A stretch of 64,000 bases of DNA from the human T2T-CHM13v2.0 reference genome, Homo sapiens. Both the position numbers and the translations under genes were made by a program. The DNA lies in the NCBI RefSeq assembly GCF_009914755.1, contig NC_060927.1; one strand, 5' to 3'. Below, piece after piece: positions 41,409-54,575 of this stretch. The first letter of the stretch is position 1; the number at the start of each line of letters is the position of its first letter. The notes under the pieces are model-generated. The model did no database searches. It was not told where the DNA came from and was given only the letters and a program-made list of their open reading frames with translations.

Positions 41409-41565
41409 CAGTAATTCTCAACTACATATTAGAATAACCTGTAGAGCTTTTAAAAATACAGTATTCTGGGTCCTGTCTCCATAAATTCTTTATTAATTGC
41501 TCTGGTGTGTGGCCAGAGCAATTTCTTCAGATATTCTGAAGTTCAGCCAGGGTTGAGAACCACTG
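41409..41565. mobile_element. MER5A/B hAT MITE
   Basis: TIRs cagtaattctcaac and gttgagaaccactg; 8-bp TSD cccttagg/ccctaagg. Confidence 0.88.
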
Positions 41566-42932
41566 CCCTAAGGCCTGTTCTCAACGCCTTAAGTAGTTTT
41601 ACTGCAAAGGCTTCTGTGTCCCTGGGTCAGCCACAAGTATCAAGTCACATAAGAGGACTGAACAGTGATACAGGAGACTCCGGTTTGATTTCCAGCCCTC
41701 TTGCTGACTAGTTGTGTAACTTTGGATACATTCGTCCCACCTGAGCCTCAGTATCTTCCCCTGTTAAACTACAGGGCTGCTTATTACACACCTCCAAATT
41801 CTATCAGTTTTTGAAATACCCATTCCTATCTAAGCCAGTACAACTGTTCATGTCAAACTGTGGAGGGAAATCTTTTTTTCTGTTCACATCCTAACTCATT
41901 CATTTGCATTTTACATTCCCCATAAGCTGATAGTCTGCAAGCACATAGATAGCCCTGAGCCTACACAAATAGCCCCAAGCTTCCTCAATGTATTGGGGGA
42001 ACAGGATGACAAATTCTAAACACTGAGTTTAGAGTCCAGCGGAATATTTAGCTGCTTCTATGTGGATCTACATGTCATATTAAGTGCAGAATCATTGCTG
42101 ATATTTCTGTGTCTAACAAAGGACTCGAACTGGCCTCAGCTATCGTGCATGAGAAGCTCATGCTTTCTTTTACATCTCAAGTCTTTTGAGCTGCTCACTT
42201 AATCATTATATTGCCTACTTCAGAAATGTTTACAAGTAACCTTTAAAATCATCACCTAATGGAAACTAAGGTGAAAGTTATATTTATCATGACATTCTAA
42301 TCCGGTTATGACGAGTTTCTACCCTTTTGCCTTTTCCCAAAGCAGGCTGGCTTTCTTAGAGGCTGCCTAATATGTCTCCAAATGGGCCCATACTTCAAGG
42401 TGCTGTTAGAAGTGACATCTCCCTGCTCAGCTAGTCAGAGACAGTGATAGGATAGCACCTTTCAAGGTGACAGTGTTTGTGACAGCAGGCAGAAGGGAAA
42501 GTCTGCTCACTGGCAAAGATAAGGAATGCGATATCATTTGGTTTGCATGTTTCATCACCAAAACTGCTTATGGTTTCATATTGCCCATGAATCAACCTGT
42601 AAGTGCCTTAGAATAGGAAAGCAGTTGCTAGCTGGCACTTGACTCCACTGTGACAGATATTTCACTTCCTCAGTGTCTGCCAGTCTTCTCTTATAACCCA
42701 CCACCTAACATCAAGGCATCCTGCTTTTAGCAACATCCTTTTCAGGCACCTCCAGGTTATGGATGCAGGCCCCAACTTGGTGTTCAGACCTCGTAGCCCA
42801 TTCTCTATGACTCCCACTGGCCTGCCACCCCTGCACTGTGCACCCTGACTATTGCTGCATGCGGCAGCCTGTCCCCACCCTGGGATGGTTCTCACTCTCA
42901 ACTTTGCTTATGGCCTGGAAGTCCTTCTAGCC

Positions 42933-43248
42933 CAGAGCTGCCTAGTAGATGTATCCTCTGAGACATATATATAATTTAAAACCTTTTGATCACCACATTA
43001 AGAAAAAGTAAAAAGAAACCAGTGAAATTAATTTCAACAATATGTTTCATTTAACCCAGCATATTTAAAATATGATTTAAACACGAAGCCTGCATAAAAA
43101 TTAACTAGTATACATTTTGTTTTTCATACTAAGTGTTCAAAATCCAGTGTGTATTTATACTAACAACACCTCTCAATTTGGATGGGACCGTTCAAGTGCT
43201 CAGCAGCCACACGCGACTAATGGCCATAGGCTACCATACAGGGTGGTG
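42933..43248 (+). mobile_element. MER33 hAT MITE
   Basis: ccacattaagaaaaagtaaaaagaaaccagtgaaattaatttcaacaatatg...catactaagtgttcaaaatccagtgtgtattt. Confidence 0.85.
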
Positions 43249-43451
43249 CCCTTCCAGTCCCTTCACAAGCACCTCACATGCTTATCCCGATTCAGCCTGA
43301 AGACTCAGATCAGGTGTTACCTTTATGAAGCTGCCAATTTATACAGGGTGATCAGGAAGGCCTTTCCTACTCGGGACTGCTGAGTAAAAAGATGGGAAAA
43401 CTAGTACAAATTTCTGGAGCCTGGCTCCCTGGAAAGGGGACCTAAGACACA

Positions 43452-43862
43452 TCTCATGTGTATTTGCTGTAATAATGCTGTGAAACAACCCCCAAATCTC
43501 ATTAGTTTATAATAACAACTATTTTTTTTGTAGGTCAGCCTGGCTCTGCAGGGCTTTGGAGGGCTTAGTGGGAATCAGCTGGACTTGACTTTCTTCCGCA
43601 TGTCCCCTTATTCTGGGACCAGCAGCTGCCTCTTTATATAGTCTTTTCATTATAGCGGCAAAAATACAGAAAGGGGAGAGGAAATACATAAGGCATCTTA
43701 GGGCTCAGGGTCGGGACTGGCAGACTGACATTTCTACCCATGTTCCTTTGGCCAAAGGAAGTCACATCACCAAGCTCAACAGCAATGGGGTAGGGAAATA
43801 TCCTTGCCCACAGTGGAGGGAAGGAAATGGTGTGAGCCAGTAATCAACTGTTTATGCTATGT
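43452..43862 (-). mobile_element. Old MaLR LTR (MLT1H/I/J-like)
   Basis: tgctgtaataatgctgtgaaacaacccccaaatctc...ttggccaaaggaagtcacatcaccaagctcaaca. Confidence 0.72.
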
Positions 43863-44057
43863 AAGGATACTTAGCTGATCAGCATTTGCTTGGAAGCTCA
43901 AAAATACTGTTTTTTAAAAAAGATCTTCGTCTTCTCTTGGCCCCATGCTCTTATGTGCTGCCCCATCATGCTATCAGAGGTCACTGCACAGTCTCAGTCA
44001 TAGTGGTGACCACATCATACCCACAGACTCTCCGTGAGCACCTCTTAACCCAAGTCT

Positions 44058-44403
<346 letters not shown>

Positions 44404-44600
44404 CTACCCCTTTGTACTGTTAGCCATACGGCAACCCTTTGATAATATGTATCACCTTAGAATCCTGCATATTCAAGAACTATCTGTCCTATAGCCGAGA
44501 AGCCCTGTAAGGGAAGTAACTAAGCCCATCTTGGTCATAGCTGAATCTCTAATGCCAGGTTCAGTGATGGACATCATTGCCCTTAATAAAGACTTGTTCA

Positions 44601-44812
44601 AATGAGAACACTTGGACACAGGAAGGGGACCATCACACACCGGGCTTGTCGTGGGGTGGAGGGAGGGGGGAGGGATAGCATTAGGAGATATACCTAATGT
44701 AAATGACAAGTTAATGGGTGCAGCACACCAACATGGTACATGTATACATATGTAACAAAGGTGCACGTTGTGCACATGTACCCTAGAACTTAAAGTATAA
44801 TTAAAATAAATA
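44601..44812 (+). mobile_element. Severely 5'-truncated L1PA4/5-like (3'UTR only)
   Basis: aatgagaacacttggacacaggaagggg...gtaccctagaacttaaagtataat. 13-bp TSD aaagacttgttca (44588-44600) / aaagatttgttca (44813-44825). Confidence 0.93.
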
Positions 44813-44894
44813 AAAGATTTGTTCAGTTGAAGGAAATTATCTTAGAATGAGCAGCAAGGTAAGAGCCAAATACAGGGTTTACATGAAGCTAGGA

Positions 44895-45340
44895 TATCCC
44901 TAGGTCACTTAACCTCTCTGAGGCTCAGCTTCCCCTTCTGTAAAATGAGGTTTATAATGTGATGTTTACATCATGGGGATAGTGTAAGAATTAAATGAGG
45001 CAATTCATGTAAAAGCCTTAGAATATGTGTGAGTCATAAAAAATACTTTTTTGTCTTTTTGATAATAGCTATTCTAACTGGGGTAGTGTGTTATCTCTGT
45101 GGTTTTGATTTGCATTTCCCTGATGTTTAGTAGTGATCTTGAGCATTTCATCATATTTTTGGCCATTTGTGTGTTTTCTTTTGAGAAATGTCTGTACAGG
45201 TCTTTAGCCCGTTATGTAAGCTAACTACCCTGATTTGATCATTATACAATGTATACCTGTGTTGAAGCATCACACGATACTCAATAAATATGTACAATTG
45301 TTGTGTTCATTACAAACAAAATACTCAATAAACCTAATTT
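44895..45340 (+). mobile_element. MIR SINE interrupted near its 3' end by an L1MA insertion
   Basis: gtcacttaacctctctgaggctcagcttccccttctgtaaaatgagg...; the MIR tail (ctcaataaa) resumes at ~45324. Confidence 0.75.
45048..45317. mobile_element. Short L1MA insertion with 5' inversion
   Basis: 45048-45210 is the antisense end of ORF2. 45211-45317 is the sense L1MA 3' terminus. Flanked by aaaatact at 45040-45047 and 45318-45325. Confidence 0.8.
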
Positions 45341-45469
45341 GTAGAATAGGAACATAGGAAACCAAAATGAAGCAAAATATAACGGAAGGAATTTAATTCC
45401 ATATTTCATTTTCTCTCCCTTAGTAACTAGGAAACTACTCAAAGAAATTCTCAGACCATCAACTGTGAC

Positions 45470-45790
45470 TTGTAAAAGTTTTGAAAGAAAGAAAGGATGT
45501 TAAAAGACATTATGCCTCTAATTTTACAGAGTGATTATAGACATAATGGGCTGAACACTTAGCATAGGAAAGGCCTAAAGAAAAGAAAAGCCAACTTGTA
45601 TTCCATTTGCAAATACCTAGAAAAGAGCACAGTCCTTGGTAGTAAACCCAATGGCTGTGTGAAGACCAAGTTTTGTCAAACCAATCGCTTCATAAGACTG
45701 GTTGACAGGTCTCGGGATCAAAAGCACTTGACTAATACGGTATATATTGGCAGTAATCTGTATAACAGCTCATAAAATTTAAACTTAAAT
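45470..45790 (+). mobile_element. L3/CR1 LINE reverse-transcriptase fragment
   Basis: The frame from 45605 reads ICKYLEKSTVLGSKPNGCVKTKFCQTNRF, resembling CR1 ICxHLE..VI..SQHGFxKxKSCQTNLI. Confidence 0.65.
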
Positions 45791-46625
45791 TCTAGATCTA
45801 GGACTGGTCATCTTATCTCATTGATGAAAGTTGAGACAGGAAAGGAAGAAAGAGTGAAAATAAGTGAATGCATGGATAGATGAATGAATACTTGGATGAT
45901 TAAAAGAAATAGGAATGAGGAGTATCTCTCTTCAAGGTTAATAATAACAACAGCAAAGCCTATACCCACGTATTACTGGAAAAGTTAGCTAACTATTTAT
46001 CCAAGGAGTAGAAAAGAAGCTCAAACCTTCAAGGCATGATTTAAAATGTTACTGGTAAGGAAGAACTCTAGGTAGGTGTCAAATAATTGGTAGATTTGCG
46101 TTGTGGAGGCCAATATAGGGGGAGGGCAGATAGGCCAACAAGAGCCAATGAAGCCACCTAGCAGCGTAGCCTGGGACATGGAGTCCAGAACCTTCTCAGT
46201 CACCCAAAAGTCATCCTAATCCACTCCAGGAGCTCCAAAGAACTCCAGTGAATCACTATTAAAATAAGCTGCTCACTTGCAGAAGTGGAAAGACACAAGT
46301 GAAATCGCCTATGGATCATAAATAAAAAGGGGAGTTTTTATCTACATCCCAAAGTAGTGGTTCTCAGAGAACAGTTTGCAAATTGATTTGTCCTCAGAAG
46401 ACTCTCATGGGCCTAGAGTAAAATGAGCAAAATAAGGCTAACACACAAATTGTTTTTCATAAACTTAACTTATGCAATGTTATAGTTGTGTGTCCTTCCT
46501 ATATTTAGTGCAATTCTATTGTCTTAAAATGTTTAGATTATGATAACAGATGGCAAATAGAGTTTGGTTTACTTTTTGCTTACTTAGCAAAATAGAAGTT
46601 GGCCATTCTGTGTGGGTCCCTCTGC

Positions 46626-47125
46626 TTTTTTAAAGTAAATTTGTATCGAAGTATAGCACATAAGTGCACTTTTTACAAAGTGAACACACAAGTAACTCAA
46701 ACCTAGGTCAAGAAACACAACATGTCTTGTACCTCAGAAGACCATATACCTCTTTATAGTCACTACTCTCCCATAAACATGACAACTCCTGACTTCTGAC
46801 AGGCTGCTTTTCTGCTTACATAAATGATGCCACACAATATTTTCTCTCTTGTGTCTTCTTTCATTCGATGTAATGTTTGAGAGACTCATCCTTTCATGCA
46901 GATAGTTGTGGTTGGCTTTTCTCATTGCTAGACGATATAGTGCTCAGTTCATGTGTATTTTTTTGTCATACTGAGAATGAGCATTTGCAACTTTTCCACT
47001 TCACGGCCATTATGAGCATTGTAGCTACAGGTTTTCTTGTACATTTTGGTGTGGTGTGGTGGGTGGCGGTACATGTGTACATCTTCTGTGGCTTACCTCT
47101 AAGTATCTGCTTCTAGAGCTGGGAA
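46626..47125 (-). mobile_element. Old L1 (L1MC/ME-like) 3' end
   Basis: aaatttgtatcgaagtatagcacataagtgcac...gtaactcaaacctaggtcaagaaacacaacat...ctcctgacttctgaca. Confidence 0.72.
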
Positions 47126-48830
47126 ATGAATGAATCTCACTGTTTTGTCGTAAAGATTAAATGAAATAATGTATGTGAAACTTTTGTGAGCTTTAAATAT
47201 GATGCAAATATGACAGTTGCCCCTTGGAAGACCCTCTTCTGTTTCACTCTCTACCCATTGGACAGTCCAACAGCGTTCTTGAAATAAATATTCTCTAGCC
47301 ACTTTCAGGCCTTCCAAATCCTTATAGAACATGTGGTCTATAACAGTGGTTCTTCACTCTAGGTCAAGGTACATAGGTACAACAGTGTCTCTATACAGGG
47401 GTACTGCCAAATATCTATGGATGTGTAGATTTTATTTGTGCCACAGCTAAGAATTCACTAGCTGTATCAATTGATTTATGGATTCTTAGCTTTGATAGAT
47501 ACCTTGAACTGGTCATCTAAATGGGTAGAAACCCAGATATAGCTTCTTGAAAGTAAGCAGAAAGAGATAGCAACATAGCAGCCCCGTTACAAGGCAAATT
47601 TGCATGTATACCATATTATGTGAGAATTTGGCCTTGTGAGCATATGAAAGAACATAGCTGGGCCAGCACATTCTACTCAGTAACACTACTAAAGGATAAC
47701 ACAAATGGGAGCTAAGAAGGCTTTTGTAGATTTGGGGAGCTCTTGAGGTAGGTGGCTGTGGTTTCATTGTAATGATTCTCAACTTATTTGGTGTTTAGTT
47801 TCTTTAGTCCCTGTAAGCACAGCACCAACATATTTAGCATTTAAACCCTAAAAGATTGTGCAGCAGTGGGGATTTGCACTCATAGCCAGTTACTGTGTGT
47901 TACTTTTCAAGTGGTGATCACAGAAATACCATACACTCATGCAGGGCTTTATGATTTTTATAACCCATCCACACACATCGTTGCCTTCTATCCTCTCAGA
48001 AGCCCCAGAAACGGTGCAAGTAATGGAATATTCACAACATCAAAATGCAGAAGGTTACTTGTCTTGTCCAGGGACATATTATTGTAAAATCAACACTGAA
48101 ACTTGGATCTTCTGCCTTCCAACTTCCTTCTACTCACCACACAGCTTCTTGGGTGCATGGCCACTTCCCCCACTGCATCATAAATGCCTTGAGAACAAAG
48201 GATACCTCTTGTCCTGTTTTCTATTTCTCTCTTGCACCCACTGCTGCATCTTAAGCATAATGGGTGCTTAATGTAGTTGAGATAATTGTGTTTCTTTATC
48301 ATTTGGTTACAATTTTAATAGGTTGTTCTAGGAGTTCAGATGCTTCTAGGGAAAGAAAGGGACTCTTGATTGAGAAAAGTTCTTAAGGGATCTTTTAATT
48401 GTACAAAAATAGATTCCAAAGCAAATCTAGGGAAGAGATAGTTACTACTGATCTATTAAAAAAAAAAAAAGTTAAATGTTTTTCTCTGACAGCTTGGGAG
48501 AAAGATTGGGACCAAAAGGGAGAAAATGGTAAAGAAAGTTAGAGTGGTTTTGAGAAATATGGTGGATGGCCAGAGCCAATGAAGAATGAGAAGGTCTTGG
48601 TGGTGAGGATGGTTGAGGACTAGTGATATATTAGCTTTTAGGCATTTCCTCCTCTGCTCTGTGTTGTAATATCACTGTGGGTAATTTTGTCCCAAACTTT
48701 GGTAATATTATATTATACATCCTGTGTCAGTGGTACTTTAGGAAAGAGAGGTTAAGTCAGTCTTTGGTCTAAAGGGAGAGGTCAAGTGCCTCAGGAGGCA
48801 AGACAGGAAGAGAGGATTGAGAGGTGGAGT

Positions 48831-49328
48831 TGTAGGGGAGGGAAGATTTCTTCTCCTCACACATTGCTAGATTTGTGGCTGAGGCTTCCATAACAAAAGG
48901 CAGATTAACTAGAGAAAAGCATACAAATTCATTTAATATAAATGTTTTATGTGACACAGGAGCCTTCATAAGGAAATGAAGACCCAAAGAAACAGGTACA
49001 GTTGTGTAATGTTGTGCTTAGGTTTGACAAAGAGTAGGCAGTCATGGAGAAATATGATTGGAGGACAAGAGGGTATAATCTAATGCTAATAAACTGGGGG
49101 GAACTTAGCAAGGCCTGTTTGTTCAGATTCTTTTCTCTGACCCTGTGTCTCCAGAAATAAGAATATTCCTTTTCTCTGAGTATAGGGAGGGCAACTCTCA
49201 AATGAGGGTTTTTTAACCTGCTTCAGGGGAGAAGGATGAGGAGAAGGTGAGAGTGACTTTCCTGCTTCTGCTGTTTTCTCAAATGCCAAGGTGCCATAAT
49301 TTGGGGTAGCATGTCCTGAACCCCATCA
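48831..49328 (-). mobile_element. Class I ERV solo LTR (MER34/MER39-group-like), 498 bp
   Basis: TG...CA termini. The minus strand starts TGATGGGGTTCAGGACATGCTACCCCAAATTATGGCACC. Perfect 4-bp TSD gagt at 48827-48830 and 49329-49332. Confidence 0.88.
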
Positions 49329-51034
49329 GAGTGAAGAGCTGAAACGCTGAGTGAAATGACCTGGACATAAACCTCCTTAGGAATGCTTAGAAATGTTGGA
49401 AAGGTCACTAGACTTTTCACAGAACATGGGGTATTGGGTGTCAAATAATTTTAGTTGGATATTGAAAAAACAGTGCCTCCCACCCACCCCCACAAAGATG
49501 GAGGGTACAGAGACACAGATGTTACGTCAACGTTTATTGAGTTCTTCAAATTAGGATCCAGGTCCCTCATTCTTTGAAAAGTTAATGGAGTTTTGTTTTA
49601 GCATTTTTTCACCTTCCGTTGTATTCTTGCCATTATCCCATATCCTACTAAAATGTGACTTGATTTGCCATTTTTTGCTTCCTTGCTTAATCAACCAAGG
49701 ACATGTGCAAAGCCAGAATTCCAGTAGCATGGGGTCTTTTTGTCCTCTGCCCCATCTTGGTCTCGGAGTGGGTTTATGGGGAAGGGTGTGTCTGTGTATA
49801 AGGGCAGGAACAAGCAGGGTCACAAAAAGAAGGAAGATCACTTACCAGCTTAAGAACAAACTTGTTTACTCTTAAACACATACTTTTGTCAAAGTCAGCA
49901 AAAGCCAGAGCCATTGTGCCTATGAAACTGCATTTGCATTTATAGTACAAATAAGAAAAATGAATCCTCACTACAGAATGCTCTTAAAGAGATTATAAAT
50001 CCACTCTCTTGACTGGAATCCTGGGCAGTATTTTGATTGGTATGTGAGGATGTGTGTTGCACTTGAAAGTTAAGGCAAGCAAGAAATTTGGGAATGGAGC
50101 CAGTGGGGACATTTCACCCTGGGAACAGTTTAGTCACAAAGGGCCATCTCGTCTATTGAAACTGCCTACACCTTGCTAACTTTGTAGACTTTCATTCCAC
50201 AATGAAGCCTGGCTTATGATGGGTTAATAATTAGATACTCCTTGTGTATAGTTCAAGTGAAGGCCACTAGCTATGACTTCACTTTGGCTGGGGTTTCCCT
50301 GTAATCCATTTAGCAAATTAAGGAGATTACTTTGATTGGTGCCATTATCTCCTATTCTCTTACGGGTGAACCACTTAACCTGTGCTTAATTGAAAGAGAT
50401 AGAGAGGGTACAGTAACAAATACAATCAAAAGGAAGGGGCAATAGGATCTGTAGGCCAAACAAATGATCAGCACTGGGCTAACAATAGCAGATTAGAGGT
50501 GAGATCAATTAATTAGAAGCTATTGTAGGCGTTGGGTGGTTGCCAGGGTTTCTAGTAGCCTAAGCGTCATGCCAGCTCTGTTGAGGAGGATTTTAATGAC
50601 TGGGAGTTGATGTGGCTATTTCAATAATTACTTACTTTTATAATTACTTCATTAGAATACTAAATGTATTACTTCAACCAGGAAGGTCTTTATCCCCCGA
50701 CATATCCAGCCATTTTGGAAGCTGCATCCTCCTACAGGGATATCTCCTGTTTGGAAGAGGCAGTAGTTTGGAAATAGCTGTGCTCATGTTGTGTTACTAA
50801 TCATATATTTAAGTGCCTGCTCTGCAAGGCCCTGGGCTAGGGGTTCAGAGTACAGAGATTAATGAGGCACTGTCTTTGGGTGGGTGCAAATACAAAAGCA
50901 TAATTTCAATGCAATTAGATAAGAGCGAGTATAAAATTATGCAAAGGCAATATATCAGCCCTAGTTTAGTAAAGGAAAGAGAGAACATTGTAGTTGTTTC
51001 ATGCAGGAAGAGATTTAATCTTAGGAATTAGGTG

Positions 51035-51516
51035 CCAGATATGGCCCTGTATTACCCTACTGACTATATCTTCTACCACCTCTTCCCTCCGTTGCCTTGC
51101 TTCAACCTCACTGGACTGCTTCCTCTTCTTCAAATTCCCCAGTCACACTCCCAGTGAGGGGCCTTTGCACTGACCATTCCCTCTGTCTGCAGTATTCTTC
51201 CCTCAGATACCACATGGCTTACTCTTGAATGTTTAAATCATTCTTCAAATGTCACCTTTTCGGTAAGCCCTGCCTCTACTACCCTATTTAAAATTGTTAC
51301 CCACTCTCACTTCTAACACTTTTGATGCCCCTTATACTTTTTCTACTTTTCATAGCACTTTTTATGATACAAAATACTTAATATATATATCATGTATTCC
51401 CACACATAGTAGAATCTAAGCTCCATAGGTAGGATTTTGTGTCTCTTGTTCACTGATAAGTCCTAAATTAGTCCCTGGAATATAGATGGTGCTTGATAAA
51501 TATTTGCTGAGTGGAT
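51035..51516 (+). mobile_element. L2a 3' end, apparently inserted in an older MLT1-type LTR (~50985-51860)
   Basis: gggcctttgcactgaccattccctctgtctgcagtattcttccctcagat...gtgcttgataaatatttgctgagtgg. The flanks look like a degenerate MaLR. Confidence 0.8.
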
Positions 51517-52721
51517 CAGGCGCTCACAGCATCACCAGAAGAGCTGGCAGAGAGGAAGCCAGGGCATTGCTGCTAGGCTTGTGAGTTCAAGGTCACACCA
51601 CCATAACTGTGATCCATCATTTAGAAACTGTTGCTGATGTGTTTGTCAGTGCACCCACTGGGACTGCTCACCACCACCACCACCCACATCTTTGGAAGCT
51701 TTCTCGTAAGCCTTGGATACCCGATGGCTTCTGCTTCACTTCCACCTTCCAAATCTCAAGGAAGACAGCCTGGTAAATGTAGTGTTTATATTTTCAACTC
51801 CTCCAAATAGAAGGGGAGGGTAAAATGAAAGCTGTGGAAACCAACCCAACTCTTTGTCACTGGACATTGTAAGAACACGGAGGAGCGACACTGTCTCTTC
51901 CCTTTTCGGATGAGCAACTGGCCACGCAGAGTGGTTATGTAGCTGGCTGTAGGTCTCACAAGTAAGTCTCTAAGTCACATTTACCCATCTGAGTCTCCTG
52001 ATTCCAAAGCCCTTGTTTTACTCCAGATCATTCCTTTTGGCTGCTCACAGGATAGTATTAATAAGGCCAAAATCAAAAGTTTAAGTCCTTGGGAAGCTCT
52101 GTCCTCTCTTAGAATGATGGCAATGACCTCTCACTTTTGCCAGCCTGAACCAGGCAAAAGAGCAGAGCTGGGCTTGTGGAAACCAGTCAGAGCTCTGAGA
52201 ATAGCAACTCAACGTGTGGGCCTCTTCCATGGCAGGTCATTTTTGCTTTCTTTCATACCCAGTCCACTTAGGTTGCAGAACATTAAATGACTTCCTTCTC
52301 TATCTCGGGCCTGACCCCAAGTGGAAATTCTTCAGTTCCTCTGTATCTCAACACCAGTGCCACATCAATCTGACAGGAGGCCACGTAATTGCTGAAATTA
52401 AAACATAATACCTGACACCTTAGAGGTGGCTCATTGGAGTCTATGAATATTTATTTAATGGAAATGGAGTAACTGTGACCTTGCTGGGTCAGACTGACTG
52501 TTTCTCTCCCTGACACACCTTGTGAAGAAACAGAGAAATTTTAAGCTGCAGATCAATACGGTCATCTGCTGTGGGGCTGCTGTACTGAGCTGGATTATTC
52601 CATCATCAGGAACAGCCACAGGCCCTTCTAAGGGGGCAGTTTGTGAATGGCATTCAGTTAGGGCCCAGACAGGATTACAGACATGTCGCTAAGCAACTCT
52701 ACTTTTGGGCATTTGGATGAG

Positions 52722-53445
52722 TGGGGCAGGCAGCCTTCTCTAGTAGCGCTCAGTGATCCCCACCTCCTGGCATTCACTCCCTTGAATAATCTCTTCCCTT
52801 TGTACACATGGAGTGGACCTAGTGACTTTCTCCTAACATATAGCATAAGGCAAAAGTGATGGTAGGTCATTTCCAAGCATAGGTTATAAAAGACTATGAC
52901 TTTTCTCCTGCTGGCAATCTCTCTCCTTCCCTTCATTCCTCCCTCCTTCTCATTTTGCTGCATTGATGAAGTAAACTGCCATGCTGGAGAAGCCCACATG
53001 GAAATGAGTTTGGCCTTTGGCCAACACCAGTAGAGGAACTAAGACCCTCCATCTAACAGCTCATGAGGAACTGAATCCTGCAAAGAAACAGCTTGGACTT
53101 GAAAGTGGACCTTCCCCACTCAGGCCTGTAGATGACTAAACCTAATCAATACCTGACTACAACCTGTAAGAGACCCTGAAGGTAAGGGCCAGTTAAGCTA
53201 AGCCCAGATTCCTGACCTGAAGAAACTATGAAATAATAAATGCTGTTGTTTGAAGCCATTCAGCTTTGAGTAATAAAAATATTTGAGCAATAAAAATATT
53301 TGAGCAATATTTTTATTTGAGTAGTATTACTCAAGTGTATTTTTATTTGAGTAGTATTACTCAAGGAAAATATTACTCAAATATTTTTATTACTCAAAGC
53401 TGAGTGGCCTCAAACAACAGCATTTAGCAGTAGCTAACTAATATA
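52722..53445 (+). mobile_element. MaLR solo LTR (MLT1F-like) with a complex insertion near its 3' end
   Basis: tggggcaggcagcc...tgatccccacctcctggcattcactcccttg...taactaatata. TSD atgag/gtgag. Confidence 0.88.
53237..53426. repeat. Long inverted repeat (56-bp arms, 78-bp spacer of short tandem units)
   Basis: 53237-53292 vs the reverse complement of 53371-53426: 53/56 identical. Confidence 0.95.
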
Positions 53446-53595
53446 GTGAGGGAAGCAGCATTCTAAAATGTAGGTTGTCAGCAACCCATAAATCCCTGCA
53501 AGGTGAAAGGTAGGGAAAGTTCTCAAGATAAAACCATTTGGATGTGCACTCAGGATTAAAAGTCAGAACCTCGACTCACATTTAAATAACAATTG

Positions 53596-53820
53596 CAGTT
53601 GACTTTTTAACAACATGAGTTTGAACTGCGCAAGTCCGCTTATATATGGATTTTATCAAGCAAACACAAATCAAAAACACAGTATTCACGGGATGCCAAA
53701 GCTAGGTACACAGAAGGCTAACATTTTGTATATGTGGGTTCCACAGGGCTCGCTGCAGACTTGAGTCTGCACAGACTTTGGTATATGTGAGAGTCCTGGA
53801 AGCAACAAGGGATGACTCTG
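53596..53820. mobile_element. MER8 (Tigger2-related) MITE
   Basis: cagttgactttttaacaacatgagtttgaactgcgcaagtccgcttata...gggatgact. Confidence 0.85.
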
Positions 53821-53884
53821 CAGTTACCAAATGTCCTTATAGCAGCTCTGTGAGATAGGTGCCCTGATATTGTTTCATTCTTGT

Positions 53885-54575
53885 GTTTGTTCATCTATTC
53901 ACTCATTTATTCCCTCTCTTACTCACTTTTGCATTTCCAGGTACTGTGTTAGATAGAGGGAGCCCTCATGGGGCTTCCAGTTTAATAGCTGAGAGCATCA
54001 TTACCTCAATGATCACAACAGTGAATATATAATTAAAACCTGAGATGAGTTTTCTGAAGTAAAGAAATTGTCCTAGCAAAGGAGTTTGACCCATACTGAG
54101 GTAGAGTTAGACAAAGCTCCACTGAGAAAGTGATATGATGAATTCTGAAGAACAAATTAAGTGAATTGGAAAAGGAAAGGCTTTCCAGTCAAAAGTAGTG
54201 TATTCAAAGGCCCTTTGTTGGGAAGGCTCATTGTTTGATGCTCTAGGAAGAGAGGAGAGAGAGAGATGGGACATGTGGATTTTGGGCAGGCTGTGCAGGG
54301 GTTTGTAGGGCACATGACAATAGGAAGACATTTAAGGGGGCTGTTGGTAGTGACATGATCACTTCAGAAAGGTAACTTTGGCTGCAGTGTGGAGAAACAG
54401 TTGGAGTTGAACTTGAATTGAACCTGACAGACCAATTAAGATGGTCTTGGAATAACCTAGGTGAGAGGGGAGGGTGCCTTATACTACTAAGGTGATGACC
54501 AAGGGTTGGAGAGAGGGGAGTATTTCAGAAACTTTTCAGGTGAAATAGACAGACTGGGTAACGAATTGGAGGGAA
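53885..54575 (-). mobile_element. L2 LINE 3' region
   Basis: ttcatctattcactcatttattc...ccaggtactgtgttag...ctttggctgcagtgtggagaa. Confidence 0.78.

Noticed and set aside
46350-46620. Possible hAT-type DNA transposon fragment (tagtggttctcag...)
   Set aside because: I could not find a matching second TIR, a TSD or a family with confidence.
53265-53365. Repeated short units resembling a CRISPR array
   Set aside because: The context is eukaryotic, there are no unique spacers or cas genes, and the units derive from the adjacent LTR.
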